Of a stretch of 64,000 bases of DNA, positions 1 through 12,595 are shown in pieces. The stretch is taken from positions 4,898,001 through 4,962,000 of the forward strand of contig JBHGNT010000001.1 in assembly GCA_043228905.1 (NCBI GenBank), read 5' to 3'. This stretch comes from Azolla caroliniana. Lineage: Eukaryota > Plantae > Polypodiophyta. The notes below the pieces were generated by a model that was given only the letters and a program-made list of their open reading frames with translations, had not been told where the DNA came from and made no database searches. A program made the position numbers and the translations under genes. How positions within the stretch are numbered: the stretch's first letter is position 1; every line of letters begins with the position of its first letter.

Positions 1-3000
1 TAAGAGAAAGTTCTGTAGATCTAAATGATGTAAGGTCAAAATTGAGCCAAACAGATCAAATTCCTGGTCATCAATCTCCTTTGTACTTGATGTGAGGTTT
101 ATCACACACATAATCACATTTTCAGGTAAATCCTGCAAAACCAGACCTCTTTTTGTCTTTTGTTCGTAAATATACACTCTTTCTTTTGAAAAGCATATGA
201 TGCAGGATTCTTGATTGGCCGATCCTACCTTTACTTTAGGTCAAAGAGATTTCTTGTAGCAATGGCAAAGGATCATATCATGTTAACAATCTAAATCTAT
301 CCAATGTACCCCAAGATTATGATCTGCTATTGGAGATGTAGAATTTGTACATCTAATCATGCCCAAATTCAGCCCACTATAGCACGCAAATTATACAGGA
401 ATATATTCAATTTCTTTTTTACGCAAACAATCTAGCAAATCAATTGACTACATATTTAATTTGAAAATATCTGCATCTAAAGATAGACATGTAATTTTGT
501 TCTTGGCATATCAGAGGCAATCCAAAGAACCAGAAGCTATATCAAGATAAAGGTTCAGCTTAGCTTACCATCATAGTTATTTCCTCCATACTTGAGCCTC
601 CTTCAATCACCAAAACATAGCGCAGTTGCCAGTTCTTTGCCAGCTCCTCTACAATTACTTTCAGATACTTGCTTTCATTCTTCGGCATAAACACTGCTCT
701 AAGTTTCCCAGCTATTACAAAGCCATACAAGGCTGAATAAACCAGCCAAGTCTTTCCAGAACCATTTGGACCTTGCTGCAACAACACGCATGGTTTTAGA
801 ATTTATAATTCTTGTTTTTCCATTATTATTTCATCACCTACAGTAGGTTACGCACCACCAATATATGCAAGGCAGGTTGCTTTGAAGAATGCCTTTCAAA
901 TTCCTTTAACAGTTTCTCATGATGTTTTAAATGAATACTCAGTCTGCAAGCTTGTCCAAATCTATGAAAATCATGATCAGGAAGCAGTTTCCCTCCCTTG
1001 CACAGCAGTGCTGCAAAGATCACCAGAATAGTCTCTTTCAGAGAAGGATAAGAAAAATGAAGATACACAATTAAAGAGACGGGAGAAAACGAAGTTTCAG
1101 GCATGGGCATTTAAGATTCAAGACTGAGCGAATAGCGGGTATCTCAACACAAATATGACATGTCAACCATCAACCATGACATATAAGTTTGAGAAGAAAG
1201 AGAACGAAGTTCAATGGTTAGATTCTATCCCTGCTTTTCCAAAGCATTATCCGTGACTTATCTCATCCTAGGGAGCAGTAGAAACTCCTGTTTTATTGAT
1301 GTCTGACCTTGTAGTATGTGAAAGCAGTCATCATCTTTCCACATATTAGTGGAATTTTATACAGAAATATTCTCTATTTTGATCCTCAGTTTTTCTCTTA
1401 TGACTGATCAAAAAGCTTTCTTAATATAAGCAAAGAATCAGTGAATGGACATTCTTTATGAATAAAACCTAAAACTTTACTCATATACTTTCCCAGATGC
1501 CATTTGTTCTTACAGTCCTCATATGGAGCATGTGTTAAGCCTTGAATCAGCATTGTACTGTAGATCATGTACTGAGGATTCCAATTGTAGAGTGTATCAA
1601 CACATAATAATGGTTTCATATCTCCTGCCTTATAATAGTTTTGTTTTCATGCCAATCATTTTGGCAATCCTAATTTTTTCCCGTTTTAAAAGGAAATCTA
1701 TATCCATTCTGCGGCTGTCGAACACGTTTACAGAATTAATGTGCATAACTTAAATGCTTCTACGAAACAATTTGGGGTTTCAAATAACACCCACATATAA
1801 GTGCCAGCAGATTTAACCATTATATTTCTTCACATTTTAGGTTTCCTTAAATAGCTATTTGGAAACCAAGACTCGTGATTTAAAGTTTGAGCTAACTAAA
1901 TTTATTGCATCTTAAATGCATTTCAAGACGAGATTAGGTGAAAGGACCTTGTTAGTTCAAAAGAACTGTGAAACTACAAAGGACCATGCCATGATTCACA
2001 ACCTTGTTCAAATCCAAGCCTTCCAATGCCATTCAGTGCATAGTACTCCTTTAAAAGTGGAACAGCCTCCGACCATCGCCATAAACCACCGATCTTCTTG
2101 CGCCATTTTTCCCTGTCTGGACATTGACAAATGAGCCAAAACCACCCTTCACCATGAGGAAATATACTAATGAGATACTTAAGGCATTCTTTTTTAAGTT
2201 TATGCTTGTTTTATTTACCCATTTCTTGGTTTGTTAAGCAGAAAACAAAGTTCAAAATATGTTTCTCAAGTTATTTTCAAACATTTTCCATGTTTATGAT
2301 CAGAAAATCCTAAGAAACACACATTTCTCAAATAATACAAATATAAATTCATAAGGACATACAGTCATTGTTTGAAATTTCACTAGATATGCACAATTCA
2401 CCCACAGCATTTTAATTATCACGCTTTTGATGTCAATCCTTAGCCATTCTAGAATCTATTCTCAAACCAGCCATTGAGATTTGAATCCAGTTTGGTAGCT
2501 TAGATTATAGAGTGCCCCAGTATAAGATGTGTTCCAGAATTTCCTGAACCTCTATGAAGGAACAAACTATAATGATCTTGCTTTATTGGAGCTTTCCATG
2601 ATACTTTCTTGATAAAGTCTTCCAGTCACCATTTGTGCACAGTCAAACTTAATTGAGTACAAGTGGTGATCCATAAGGCAATAGAAGATGATAAAATCAA
2701 AGAGAAAGTGTGTGCATGAACTAATAATCACACAATGTTCAGCTTATTATCTTCGTTGGTCAAATACTAGGTTCCATAACATATATACATATTTTGAGAG
2801 TTCACATAGTTAAGCTTTTGCATACTCACGTCAAAGGATTAAAACAACCTTAATACGCACCATTAGATAGTATGTTATTGCTCAAATTGTTTGGCAATAA
2901 AATCCCCGCAGTCGAAGTAGTTTTTGAATTGGAAATAGAGTCATCTGCCACAAAACAATTTTTGTTAGAAGTTTACATCCATCTGCCAAAAGATAAAGAA

Positions 3001-6000
3001 GAAATAAATGGTAAACCCTAAACCTTCTATGGGACTACCTTCAATTATAAGTTACTAATTCAGATTAGCATACATACATATAGACACATAAATAGCCATC
3101 TTTAAAAAAGATGACTAATCCTTTCTATACACTCCACCTTTCATGTCTTTAGGAGTGTATAGAAAGGATGATAATCGTTTCTATCAAAAAACCTTCCAAT
3201 CTATGGCAAGTTCGTCTGCCCAATTGTTTTTCTCTTTGAAAAGTTGTCTTGGCACACAGAACAAGATGATAGTCATATGAGGTAGTGTTACTTAGACGAC
3301 AAACAAGTGACCTGGATTTAGGTGTGATAAACCAAGGACACGTGTGTAAACAAAGGTCAGTCAAACGACATTTACCCTGGAACGAGTGATGCATATTCAA
3401 GACAGGACAGTATTGGCAATATCATAGCTTTAATTAGTCAGATGCGAACAGCCAATTAAATAGATAAAGAGATATAACCAGGTTTAATAGATCCAGGAAG
3501 CACCTAGATTAGGCAAATTCCTCCTACATGGGATGTCCACTGGGAATAGTTAATCCTCATCGATTTCAATCTATGTGGGAACAATACCTGGGATTAATGG
3601 ATTCAAATGAGATGGTTCTTGCTTTATGTCTCGACTACTAAGGGTGGATTCAGCAGCCACTCTCCACTCTGGCCTAACATCAGGGACTAAATCCATCACC
3701 TGATATAAGATGAATGTAAACACAAATGATTTGTTTGTATTTTAAGTTATAATTGTCTCCGAATTGAAAAACATCAATCGAAGTTTGTTTCATGATAGCT
3801 CAATTCTAGTAAAGCCAGTGGCAGTTACCCATCCAACTAGCGTGCTTTCTGTAACGCTGAGACGCTGAAGACTGTCAAGATCTGCACCAGCTGCAGTCTG
3901 CAGAGAAGGGGGGGGTCCACCTGACCATTTACTCCTAGGGTTCCCAACATTGGCTGAGGCCTCCGCAAAAGGATTTCCTTCCCCCGCTAAGATTCCCTCC
4001 AAAATCAAGTCTTCCCAGCTGCACAGAACAATAATTAATACATGTGACACATATATTGAAGATATAGGATACATGTTAATCCAGCAGTTCACTAATAGAA
4101 ACAAGCAGTCTCTACGTTAGACCTACTAAACCCATGAAAATCAAAATTTAATCAATTCATTTATATAGGCAGAACATGGAAAAAAATCATAATTACATTT
4201 TACTGCACGTGATGTTATTTCTGAAAAATAGTGCCTTATATTAGCTGTGACAAAAGGTCCTTCGGTCACATTCAAGATATTAATTGGGCAAAAGGCCAAG
4301 AAAATTTTAGTACTTGTTTCTGACAGGAAATTCAAAATATCTTCGAATTTAAGGAAAGCAGCTTCCTTTCTAACAGGAAACGCTCTCCATTGGTGGACAA
4401 TTTCACTTGCTCAAGGTACAGTTCCTTCAATTTGGATTCCATTTCAAGCAAACTTTTGCTTAGATTTGGGCCTTGCCTTACTGTTTTTTTGAGGTTAATT
4501 TCAAGACCATATGGCATGGATTGAGCTCCAAAGATTATCATAATTTGGATGAGTAAAATAAAAAGTTTCGAGATGCATTGCTATCAATTACTTTTTTATG
4601 GATAGTGCCTCTTTCAGGGCAAGTAGATATCTACAATTAGCAAGGTACTTTTCTTGCATTCTTGATGCATGCATCAGTCCAAAGAGGCACCTCCTAGTCC
4701 ACCTTGGAGATGCCTTGAATCTTACAGCTCCAGCCTTTCCCTCCTTTACAGTTGTAATTTGCATAATATTCATACTCAGTGCAAAAGAAAAAGGAGGAAC
4801 TTCAAAGATATCCAAAGACACCAGAAGCCATTTTTATCGAACAAGGTTGGCCCCGTTTGTGGTTGATAAAATCCAGTGCCCTTCATCAGAAAATCAACAT
4901 AAACAGATTCTCCAATCAATTTTCACAATGCCCTCTCATTGTCCAATGCAAAGTGTGATTTTCATAGTTTTCAATTGAGTATCTTTCTATCTCTAGAAAC
5001 TTGGCAGAACAAGACATTTTATGCAGGGCTAGTTTTATTTTAAAATGGAAGAATTTCTAACTTCATGCACATATGAAACAGAAAGTATATGCTTTTAGCC
5101 AACCTGAGATGATGCCCTGCAGCCATAAGCTTGTAAAATTCTCCATATGTATCTAATTGCTTCCATCCATCTGCAAAAAGAAATGCAATTATAATCTGCA
5201 GAAAATTTTTGGTATCACCTTTTGGGAAATCTGAGGTATATAGCATTTGGTATTCTATCATAGATCAAATTAACCTACAAGAGTGAAAGGAGCGAACGAA
5301 GAAAAGAGAGTTGATTATCACCTCTAAAGAAGCTAAAATTGCATATGAGGCAAGAAGAGATTCATCACCATAGATACATCATATATGATTATACACAATG
5401 ATACAAAAATCTGAAATATTTAAACATAACCTTAAAATTTCATAATTTTGTCCTTCTATCGAATATCAAAAAAAGACATAATTTGTTTCCCCCAATCTAT
5501 TTTTTCCTCCCTATTCCCCACATTTTCTATGCAGCTATTTCATCCTGAATCTTGTCATTCCGCATGAATCTTCCTCAAGGTTCATTATTACTTGACAGTT
5601 TAAAACTCAAGTGAGCCTTTTTCCATTTCCTTCTCATTCTAAGTTTGATGTTTTAGTTCAGTCACAACTTTCATCCTCCCTTTCTCCTATTTAATTAATC
5701 ATGGTGACCGAGAGAAGCAAGACAGGAAAGGATGATGAATATACCTCTTAAAAATCTATTACTTTGGACAGTTTAAAGCTTACATCAAGTTTCTAGATTA
5801 ATGCAGAATCCAGTTTATTGAATCGTAAATATTCAGGATATATATAGCAACCTTTAATTTAGAATCACAGTCAGTCCAAGAATGCTATAAGGAAGCAATA
5901 TGAAATTTGGTTTATTTTCTTACAAAATAGACTTTAACAGTGAAGAGAACATAGAAATATCAGCATAATGTTCTCAAAACGAAACTTGTGTTTGGTAATC

Positions 6001-6906
6001 TCATAAGGCAGTGTAGAATGCAGAGGTCCTTACCGTCACCTCTACGGAGAGAAAGAAGAACCTTCAGGAAAGCTTGGGCAGGAGGAACTCGAAGGACTTC
6101 CTGGTAAAGTAGAAGAGCTGAAGCATCCTTTAACAAATTATTTGCTGCTCTCTCGATACTGAAAACGAAAGAAGAAGTTCTGAAACAAACGATAAAGAAA
6201 AAGGGAGATGGAATAACAAAAACGTGCAGCAAGTGAGACGAATTTGTGATATTCATAATAGAGGTGGAAAATAACTGCATGATAAGGGACAAAGTTTTGA
6301 GAGAAACAGAAAGTGATTGCCTGATAAAGAAGAAAAGGAGCAACAACTAAGTGCGAGAAACATGGAAAAACAATAAATAGATGAGAAACGTGAAGAAACT
6401 GCAAACACTCTACTTGAAGAAAAGCAGAAACGTGGAAATTCACTCGAAAGGAAGGAATTTCCCGCGATAAACGTGCACAGCGGCAGAAATACTTACTAGG
6501 TATGGGAGAAACAAAAAAAACTAGACAGGAATGCCTGAACAGAAAAGTGAAGGGAAATCGCAAATGCTTCCCTTTCCCTGATAATGAATGGGACAGAGAC
6601 GTGAATGAACGAAAAACATTCGCCGGACAAAGGGGAGAGTCCTGATGAGGGAGAAGAAAAGCAACAGGAAACAAAGGGAGGAGGTAGACCTAGCAGAAGC
6701 GCAAAGGAACAGCGGGTTATTGAGCTGAAAAGGTAGAGAAATGGCGGAGAGAAACGGGCAGAGAGCTCTCACCTGAGTCGAGGATCAGCATTGAAACCGA
6801 GGGAGGCGGAAGGAGCGATGATCAGCGTTCGAGAGCAGGGACGTTTTCGGGAGGAAGGAGAGGAGGAGAAGGAGAGGGAGAATGCAGAACTCGCCACAGA
6901 ATTCAT
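1..6906 (-). CDS. Multi-exon gene for a DUF815/COG2607-like AAA+ (P-loop) protein with a putative plastid transit peptide; 3' end lies beyond the left edge of the window
   Basis: Frame-compatible GT-AG exons on the minus strand: 6906-6773, 6158-6034, 5170-5104, 4018-3829, 3699-3588, 2944-2861, 2116-2003, 1010-856, 775-569, 132-<1. Small extra exons are possible. The spliced product reads MNSVASSAFSLSFSSSPSSRKRPCSR... (Ser/Arg-rich N-terminus), ASALLLYQEVL..AQAFLKVL, YGEFYKLMA..SWEDLILEGILAGEGNPF, AAGADLDSLQRL, WSEAVPLLKEYY..GIG, PALHILVQGPNGSGKT (Walker A), LRYVLVIEG, LPENVIM, FGSILTL. This motif order matches cyanobacterial DUF815 ATP-binding proteins as I recall them. Confidence 0.8.
4340..4590 (+). 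mobile_element. Decayed Ty3/gypsy gag fragment inside an intron
   Basis: Translates to AASFLTGNALHWW...PSIWIPFQ, followed by AWIELQ and DE*NKKFRDALL. These resemble the retrotransposon gag motifs AxxxLxGxAxxWW...PxTWxxF...EYxxKF. Contains stops and frameshifts. Confidence 0.6.
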
Positions 6907-6909
6907 GAG

Positions 6910-7004
6910 CGGAGATGGAGATGGAGATAGAGATGGAGATGGAGATGGAGATGGAGACGGAGATGGAACGGAGATAGAGACGGAGACGGAGACGGAGACG
7001 GAGA
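6910..7004. repeat. Hexamer microsatellite (GGAGAT)n/(GGAGAC)n just upstream of the DUF815-like start codon
   Basis: Directly visible run ggagatggagatggagat...gagacggagacggagac. It produces spurious SPSPSP and DGDGDG ORFs. Confidence 0.9.
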
Positions 7005-9725
7005 TCACCGGCCGATTCTGAATTTCCTACCTCGTCTGTAATTAACGAAGGTTTTTTAAATTCGATTTTTTATTTTCCCAAAAAAAAAGCTCTTCGTTTT
7101 TGCGAAATTCCAGATATACCCCTCCTCTGTTTCACGGAAACTCCCAAAATACCCTTCCGTCTTCTCCTAAAGCCCTATCCTTCCTCGTCTTCTTTGCAAA
7201 AGAAACACCTTCACACAATAACCAACCCTCCTTTCGTTGGGAGGGAGAGGGCAGCCTTTCTCCACAATTCCTCTTAGGGTGAGACATGATCTATAATAAT
7301 GTGCCTTTTCCTTAATCTTGCTTGTTTTCTAGACCATTCACTTACTTTATATTGCAATATAAATCCATAACTTTTGGCTAAAACATGCCCAACCCTACGC
7401 TATTGTAGTTACTAGCTATTAGAGCCATTAGGTAACTTATATGTACCATTGTATTAAAATCATTGTGCTAACTATGCGCCAAACATTTGTATACGTAGAG
7501 AACTAGATGTATAAATTTGCCACAAATAGATAAACTTGACATGTGTTGTGTGTGTGTGTGTATGCACGCGCGCGCGCGCACACACTTGAGAGAGAGGTTA
7601 CCTTTTTTCTTATTTTTATATATGCCAACTATGGACAAAGAAATCACTCTTATCATTTAGCTTGTTCATTGAGAGTCACATTGTAGCATAAAAACTCAAG
7701 AACAGGCATGAGTGGATTTGGTGTAGGCATATCTACACATAGAGTGCTTGCAATGGGCATCCCTTCCAAATTTGGAGGATCGCTTGGTTGCTTGAAGATT
7801 TAAATTCATTACATGTATGTGTATTTGAACTTGTCCTTTAACATATAATTTGTTATTTTGTAGAGAAGGATTGTGGCTTCAAGGTGGCATGTTACTAACA
7901 AGAACAAATTGTTCAAGTGCTCAAGCTCTGCTACTCAATGGCAACCATCCAAATGCGAAAAAGATATAAATCTCTACCAACCAAGATGTTTCCATCTTCA
8001 TCACTATTTCATCAATATGGAAATGAAAATCTCAATTTGAGTTGAATCATATAGCAAGACTTGGCTTGGTAACAATGCAAAACATTATTTTAGTGCACCA
8101 AGTTTCATATACCTCATGGATTTCACTATATTTGGCAATTAGTAGTTGCAATGTATAATTCTTGGGCCCCTATTCAATAATTGGCGATAGATGAATCATG
8201 ATAAGATTGATTATTTTTCATTGGCAATATAAATTTAAGCTTTCATGTACATCAAAGCTATCCAAATATATAGAAGTAGAAAAGTGAATTCAAGTAGTGC
8301 ACATCCTGCTATAATATATGAAGATACTTGGCCTTCATGTTTATCTGAATCTATGTAACCACCAACTTCAAGTAGTGGTTTGAATATTGATTAACCCTAT
8401 AAAGATATTGCAATAGCGTAGCAAAATATATATAGCAAACTCTCTTTGTTTTGTATCTCTCTTTTATACATGGCTCATGAGCCATCAATGTCTCTGTGAA
8501 TTGTTTGAGCAAACTTTTTACTTAATTTGAAATCAGACATTACGACAGCCTAAAGCAAACTCAAGAGGTAAGAAAACATAATATTATCAATTATAGTTCT
8601 ACTTGCAACTAATCTAATGTTTAAGGATTTTTTATAATCAACATTCAAACAATGAGAATCAATTATGGGTCTTATTGCATTTACAAAATAAATACAAGTT
8701 TTCATTATTTGAGACACTTCCTAGTGATTTTGCATAAGAGAGGGGCCAGGCCTATAAAAGGCATCATAGAAATTGTAGAATACAAGGTCAATCTTAACCA
8801 TAAGATATACATGTAACAGCATTAGAATAGCTAAGTTCCATTATATAACGATTCTTGGATTATATACCTGGATTTTCATGATTTGGTTTCTATGCTATTA
8901 AGAATCTTGATCTAACAATCAGAAGAGCGGCAAGAAAAAGATAATCCCAATCATGCTCATTAAAAGGGATTATTATTAAGATTTAGCTTCGAGTGAAGTA
9001 CATTAAGATGCTCGATTGAATGATAGACAATATAGATACTCCCAAAACCATGCTCATTAAAAAAGGTGCATTCAACATACATCCATAATTTTAATGTATT
9101 AAAAACTAAGTAGCCAACCGTAAATCATAGATTTGATTCTCTAATATTAGATTGAAGATACAAGAAGAAAGGAGTTCCCAAGCATATAGCATGAACATGT
9201 CAATAATGTAATGCTTATGCAAACTAACCTCTTACTCATATTGCAGTCATATAATGTTTTTTTGCTTTCGCTTTTATATCTTGGTTCTATTATTAATAAT
9301 CGATTATAGTATTTTCACCAAGATAAAGGTACCAAAACATCATAAGTTAACCAAGGACAACCAACCCTACAGAGCTCCAGAAAATTTAGTCACACTCATT
9401 TGTAAATTTTGTTTGATGATAGTTATTCTTTATGTTATGCATGCATCACACACAAGGTGATATTAAGTACACATAAGTCATATGTGTGCAACAAAAGAAT
9501 GCAATTCAAATTGAACTCTAGAAAATAGAGAGATTTTAGTTTTTTTTTAGAGTCCAAACCATCTTTCACAAGTAGTACTAATAATTGTTAATATAAGTAC
9601 AAATTAAGAATGATGCGCACCTCGTTTATGTTGAAGTTGGAATTAGTTGGAGCTTCTTGCTTTGCATCCCTTCACATATATCTATGTTTGATTTAATCCG
9701 ATGTCTTCCTACACCATTTACACAC

Positions 9726-12595
9726 TTATTGATCTGATGGACCAAGCTCCTTGTAGCTGAGAGCTTTATTTGATGTAAAAGGTGCATCACAAGTGATGAT
9801 CACAGGGTCTTCTTCTGATGAAGACACTGAAGTTACCGAAGACGATGACGATGACGAGCTTCTCGAGCCGCTAACAGATTTATATGTGTAACGCCTTGCA
9901 CACATCACATACATAAAACAATTCACAGCACTGATTCCTGTTAGAAGCCAATAAAAGTAGTCCAAATGGCTTCTGTTGAGGTTGTTCCCAATCCATCCTT
10001 CACTTCCATCACCTCGAGTCACTTTAGACACGATGGTGACAAGAAGGCCACTTATGAAGCTACCAATGGATATGGTGCTCAAATAGAGAGCAGCGCCAAC
10101 ACTTCTCATGGAATCAGGTGCTTGATCATAAAAGAATTCTAGCTGGCCTACAGATATGAAGACTTCGCATACACCCGTGAGAATGTATTGTGGAAGGAGC
10201 CAAAAGATGGTGATTGGAACAAAACTAGAGTCCATGGGTTGGTCGAGCAATCCTTCCTCCTTCACAACTCTCAACCTCATCATCTCCACCATGGCCGCCA
10301 CTGCAATAGACATCGTGGAGATAGCTTGCCCTACACCAATCCTCTGTAAGATTGTGAGACCCCTCTCATTTCCTGAGAACCTCCTGGCAAATGAAACGAA
10401 GTACTTGTCGTAGAGTGGGAGCAAGATGCAGATAGTGAGTGTGATGAAGAAAGGGAAACATGCTGCAGGTATCTCAAAGTGGGGGCCCATCCTTCGATCC
10501 ATTGTCGTCCCTTGGTTCAAGAACAAGGTACCCACTTGAGCAAACACGGCGGAGAATACAAGATTTGTCACCCATATCGGCAACATCCTTATGAGCAACT
10601 TCACTTCTTCTACATGTGTCACTGGGCACAACCTCCACGGGTTCGGCTTCAGCATGCCAAGCCCATCGAGTAATTGGTCACTAGGTATGATCACAGCAGC
10701 TCTATCCAAAAACCTGCAGAAGTACATAGTGAAAATTGCCATAGCCTAAGTGGGCGGAATTTCTTTTCCTTTCGCTATATGCAAACTCTTCTCATCCCAT
10801 TCAGTGCAGCTTGTTGAACAATTACACACAACATGAGATACATTGCCTTTGATGAGCATCAGTCCATGTTGCCAAAGAGAAGGTAAGTGCCCAATATTGC
10901 AGAAAATTTTATATCCTATGAGCAAATCTTTAAGTTTCGATCTGAGCATAAATACTTACGCAAACTCATCGGTATGTGGAAGCCTAGATTTATGAGAAAA
11001 TGATAAACCCTCAGGCTCATAAAGATTAAATCCAATATCCAAGTGTCCTGGTAAGGTCATGTGCCATTTGCGAATTGCAGCGACGATAACTTGTGCGACT
11101 CGAGTTAACGGGCTCCCTGCGGGAGTTTGATGTCGGTAAGAAGGTGTTCCCGCAAAGAAGAGAAGGGACGCAATGCTTGTCACAAAAGTTGCAGCTCCAT
11201 ATCCCCACGACCACCCAACATTCTCTTCCACATACACAAACAAGCTCACTGATAACATGGTCCCAAAACTAATGCTCACCAACCACCAATTCAAGAATGA
11301 GATCTTCCTCCGGCTTTCCACTGCATCCGTCTTATCGAATTGGTCACCAGCAAAAGCAGAGACATTGGATTTGATGCCCCCTGCTCCCAATGCCATCAAA
11401 TATAGAGCAAAGTAAAAGAACCCAACTTGTGCTGTTGATGCAGGGGGGCAATAAATTGAGTTGTCACCAAGCTTTTCACATGAAGGAGGCTTCAATGACG
11501 GGAATGAAACTGCCATGGTCACAAAAACAAGTGACTGCATTGGAAACAAAAGGATTCATTATTAATATCATTAGTTCAGATTATTTGAAGTAGTTTTCTA
11601 TTGAAAATGGATGAGTTTTAAAACATATGTCTACAACTGCATGTACGTAGGCAATACATTTGTGTGTGTATACATAAAGATATTGATATTGAGTTCCAAT
11701 TTACTATATAATAATGTGTCAATTAGCCTGATAATAAGATGACACATTATCTTGTGCTTATTACACACAACTCACCAACAAATATCCGCAGAGGAAAATG
11801 GCAAGGGTCCAATAGCGGCCAAGGAAGGCATCGGCCAAAAAAGCTCCAATGAGGGGCGTAAGAAAGGTGGTGCCAGTCCAATTGTTCACGTTCTTTGCTG
11901 ATTCGGCTATACCTTCATGCAATTCTCTTGATAAATAAATTGCCAAATTCGAGGAGATGGCATAGAATGCCATTCTCTCACTAACTTCACACCCTAGAAG
12001 AAACAAGTTAAAAAAAGTGGTAGGTGGATTACATTAATAATCAAATAAATCTAGAAATTAGAAAATAGTATGGTGCTGATGATGCTGTAACTAACACTAG
12101 TAGCAGTAAATGTGTATATAGAATTCACAATTACAATGATTTGTTCCCAGAGTAGTAGCAATAACTCCCTTTGTCAGCTCAGAGCATTGGCATTAATATT
12201 ATTTCAAATTCCCTAATTATGATTCGTTGCCTGTAAATAAATTCACAATTGTTTGTACCGAAGATAAGGAAGCAAGCTTTCCAGTTGCCAGTCTTGGATT
12301 TGGACGCAGGCTTGCCGTGCATGTCCAATGCAGAGTCTTGAACTGAGTCCCCACATGTTGCATCGTCACTATACAATTGATCAAATGTCGTGGTAGTATC
12401 AGGTATATGGCATGTAGGTTTCGACGTAGGTTTAATCGTAGCAACAAGTTGTGGATCAATGTCAGCCTTCAATATTGTGATCAAGGTGGCAAGGGCTGGT
12501 AGATCAAGATTACTATTTATGGGTGCCACAGGAGAAGGAAGATCAATGGCTTGCGAGACAACTAGGCCAGGATCTATGTTCTCTTTATCATCCAT
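9726..12595 (-). CDS. NPF: NRT1/PTR family (NPF) proton-coupled transporter, NPF8/PTR-like
   Basis: Exons 12595-12259, 11993-11776, 11534-10960, 10713-9726 join in frame. Motifs: KTGNWKAC, ExxER (CEVSERMAFY), GAFLADAFLGRY, GGIKSNVSAFAGDQFD, GSPLTRVAQV, WRLCPVTHVEEVK, QRIGVG, WLLPQY, EFFYDQAPDSMRS, NLNRSHLDYFYW. Confidence 0.95.

Noticed and set aside
6769-7021. ORFs with SPSPSP and DGDGDG/ETETET tracts
   Set aside because: They are translations of the hexamer microsatellite. Only the part from ATG 6906 is taken as coding.
7700-9100. Possible decayed hAT-like transposase (TSWIS resembling TRWxS)
   Set aside because: Only one weak motif, with no terminal inverted repeats or TSD found.
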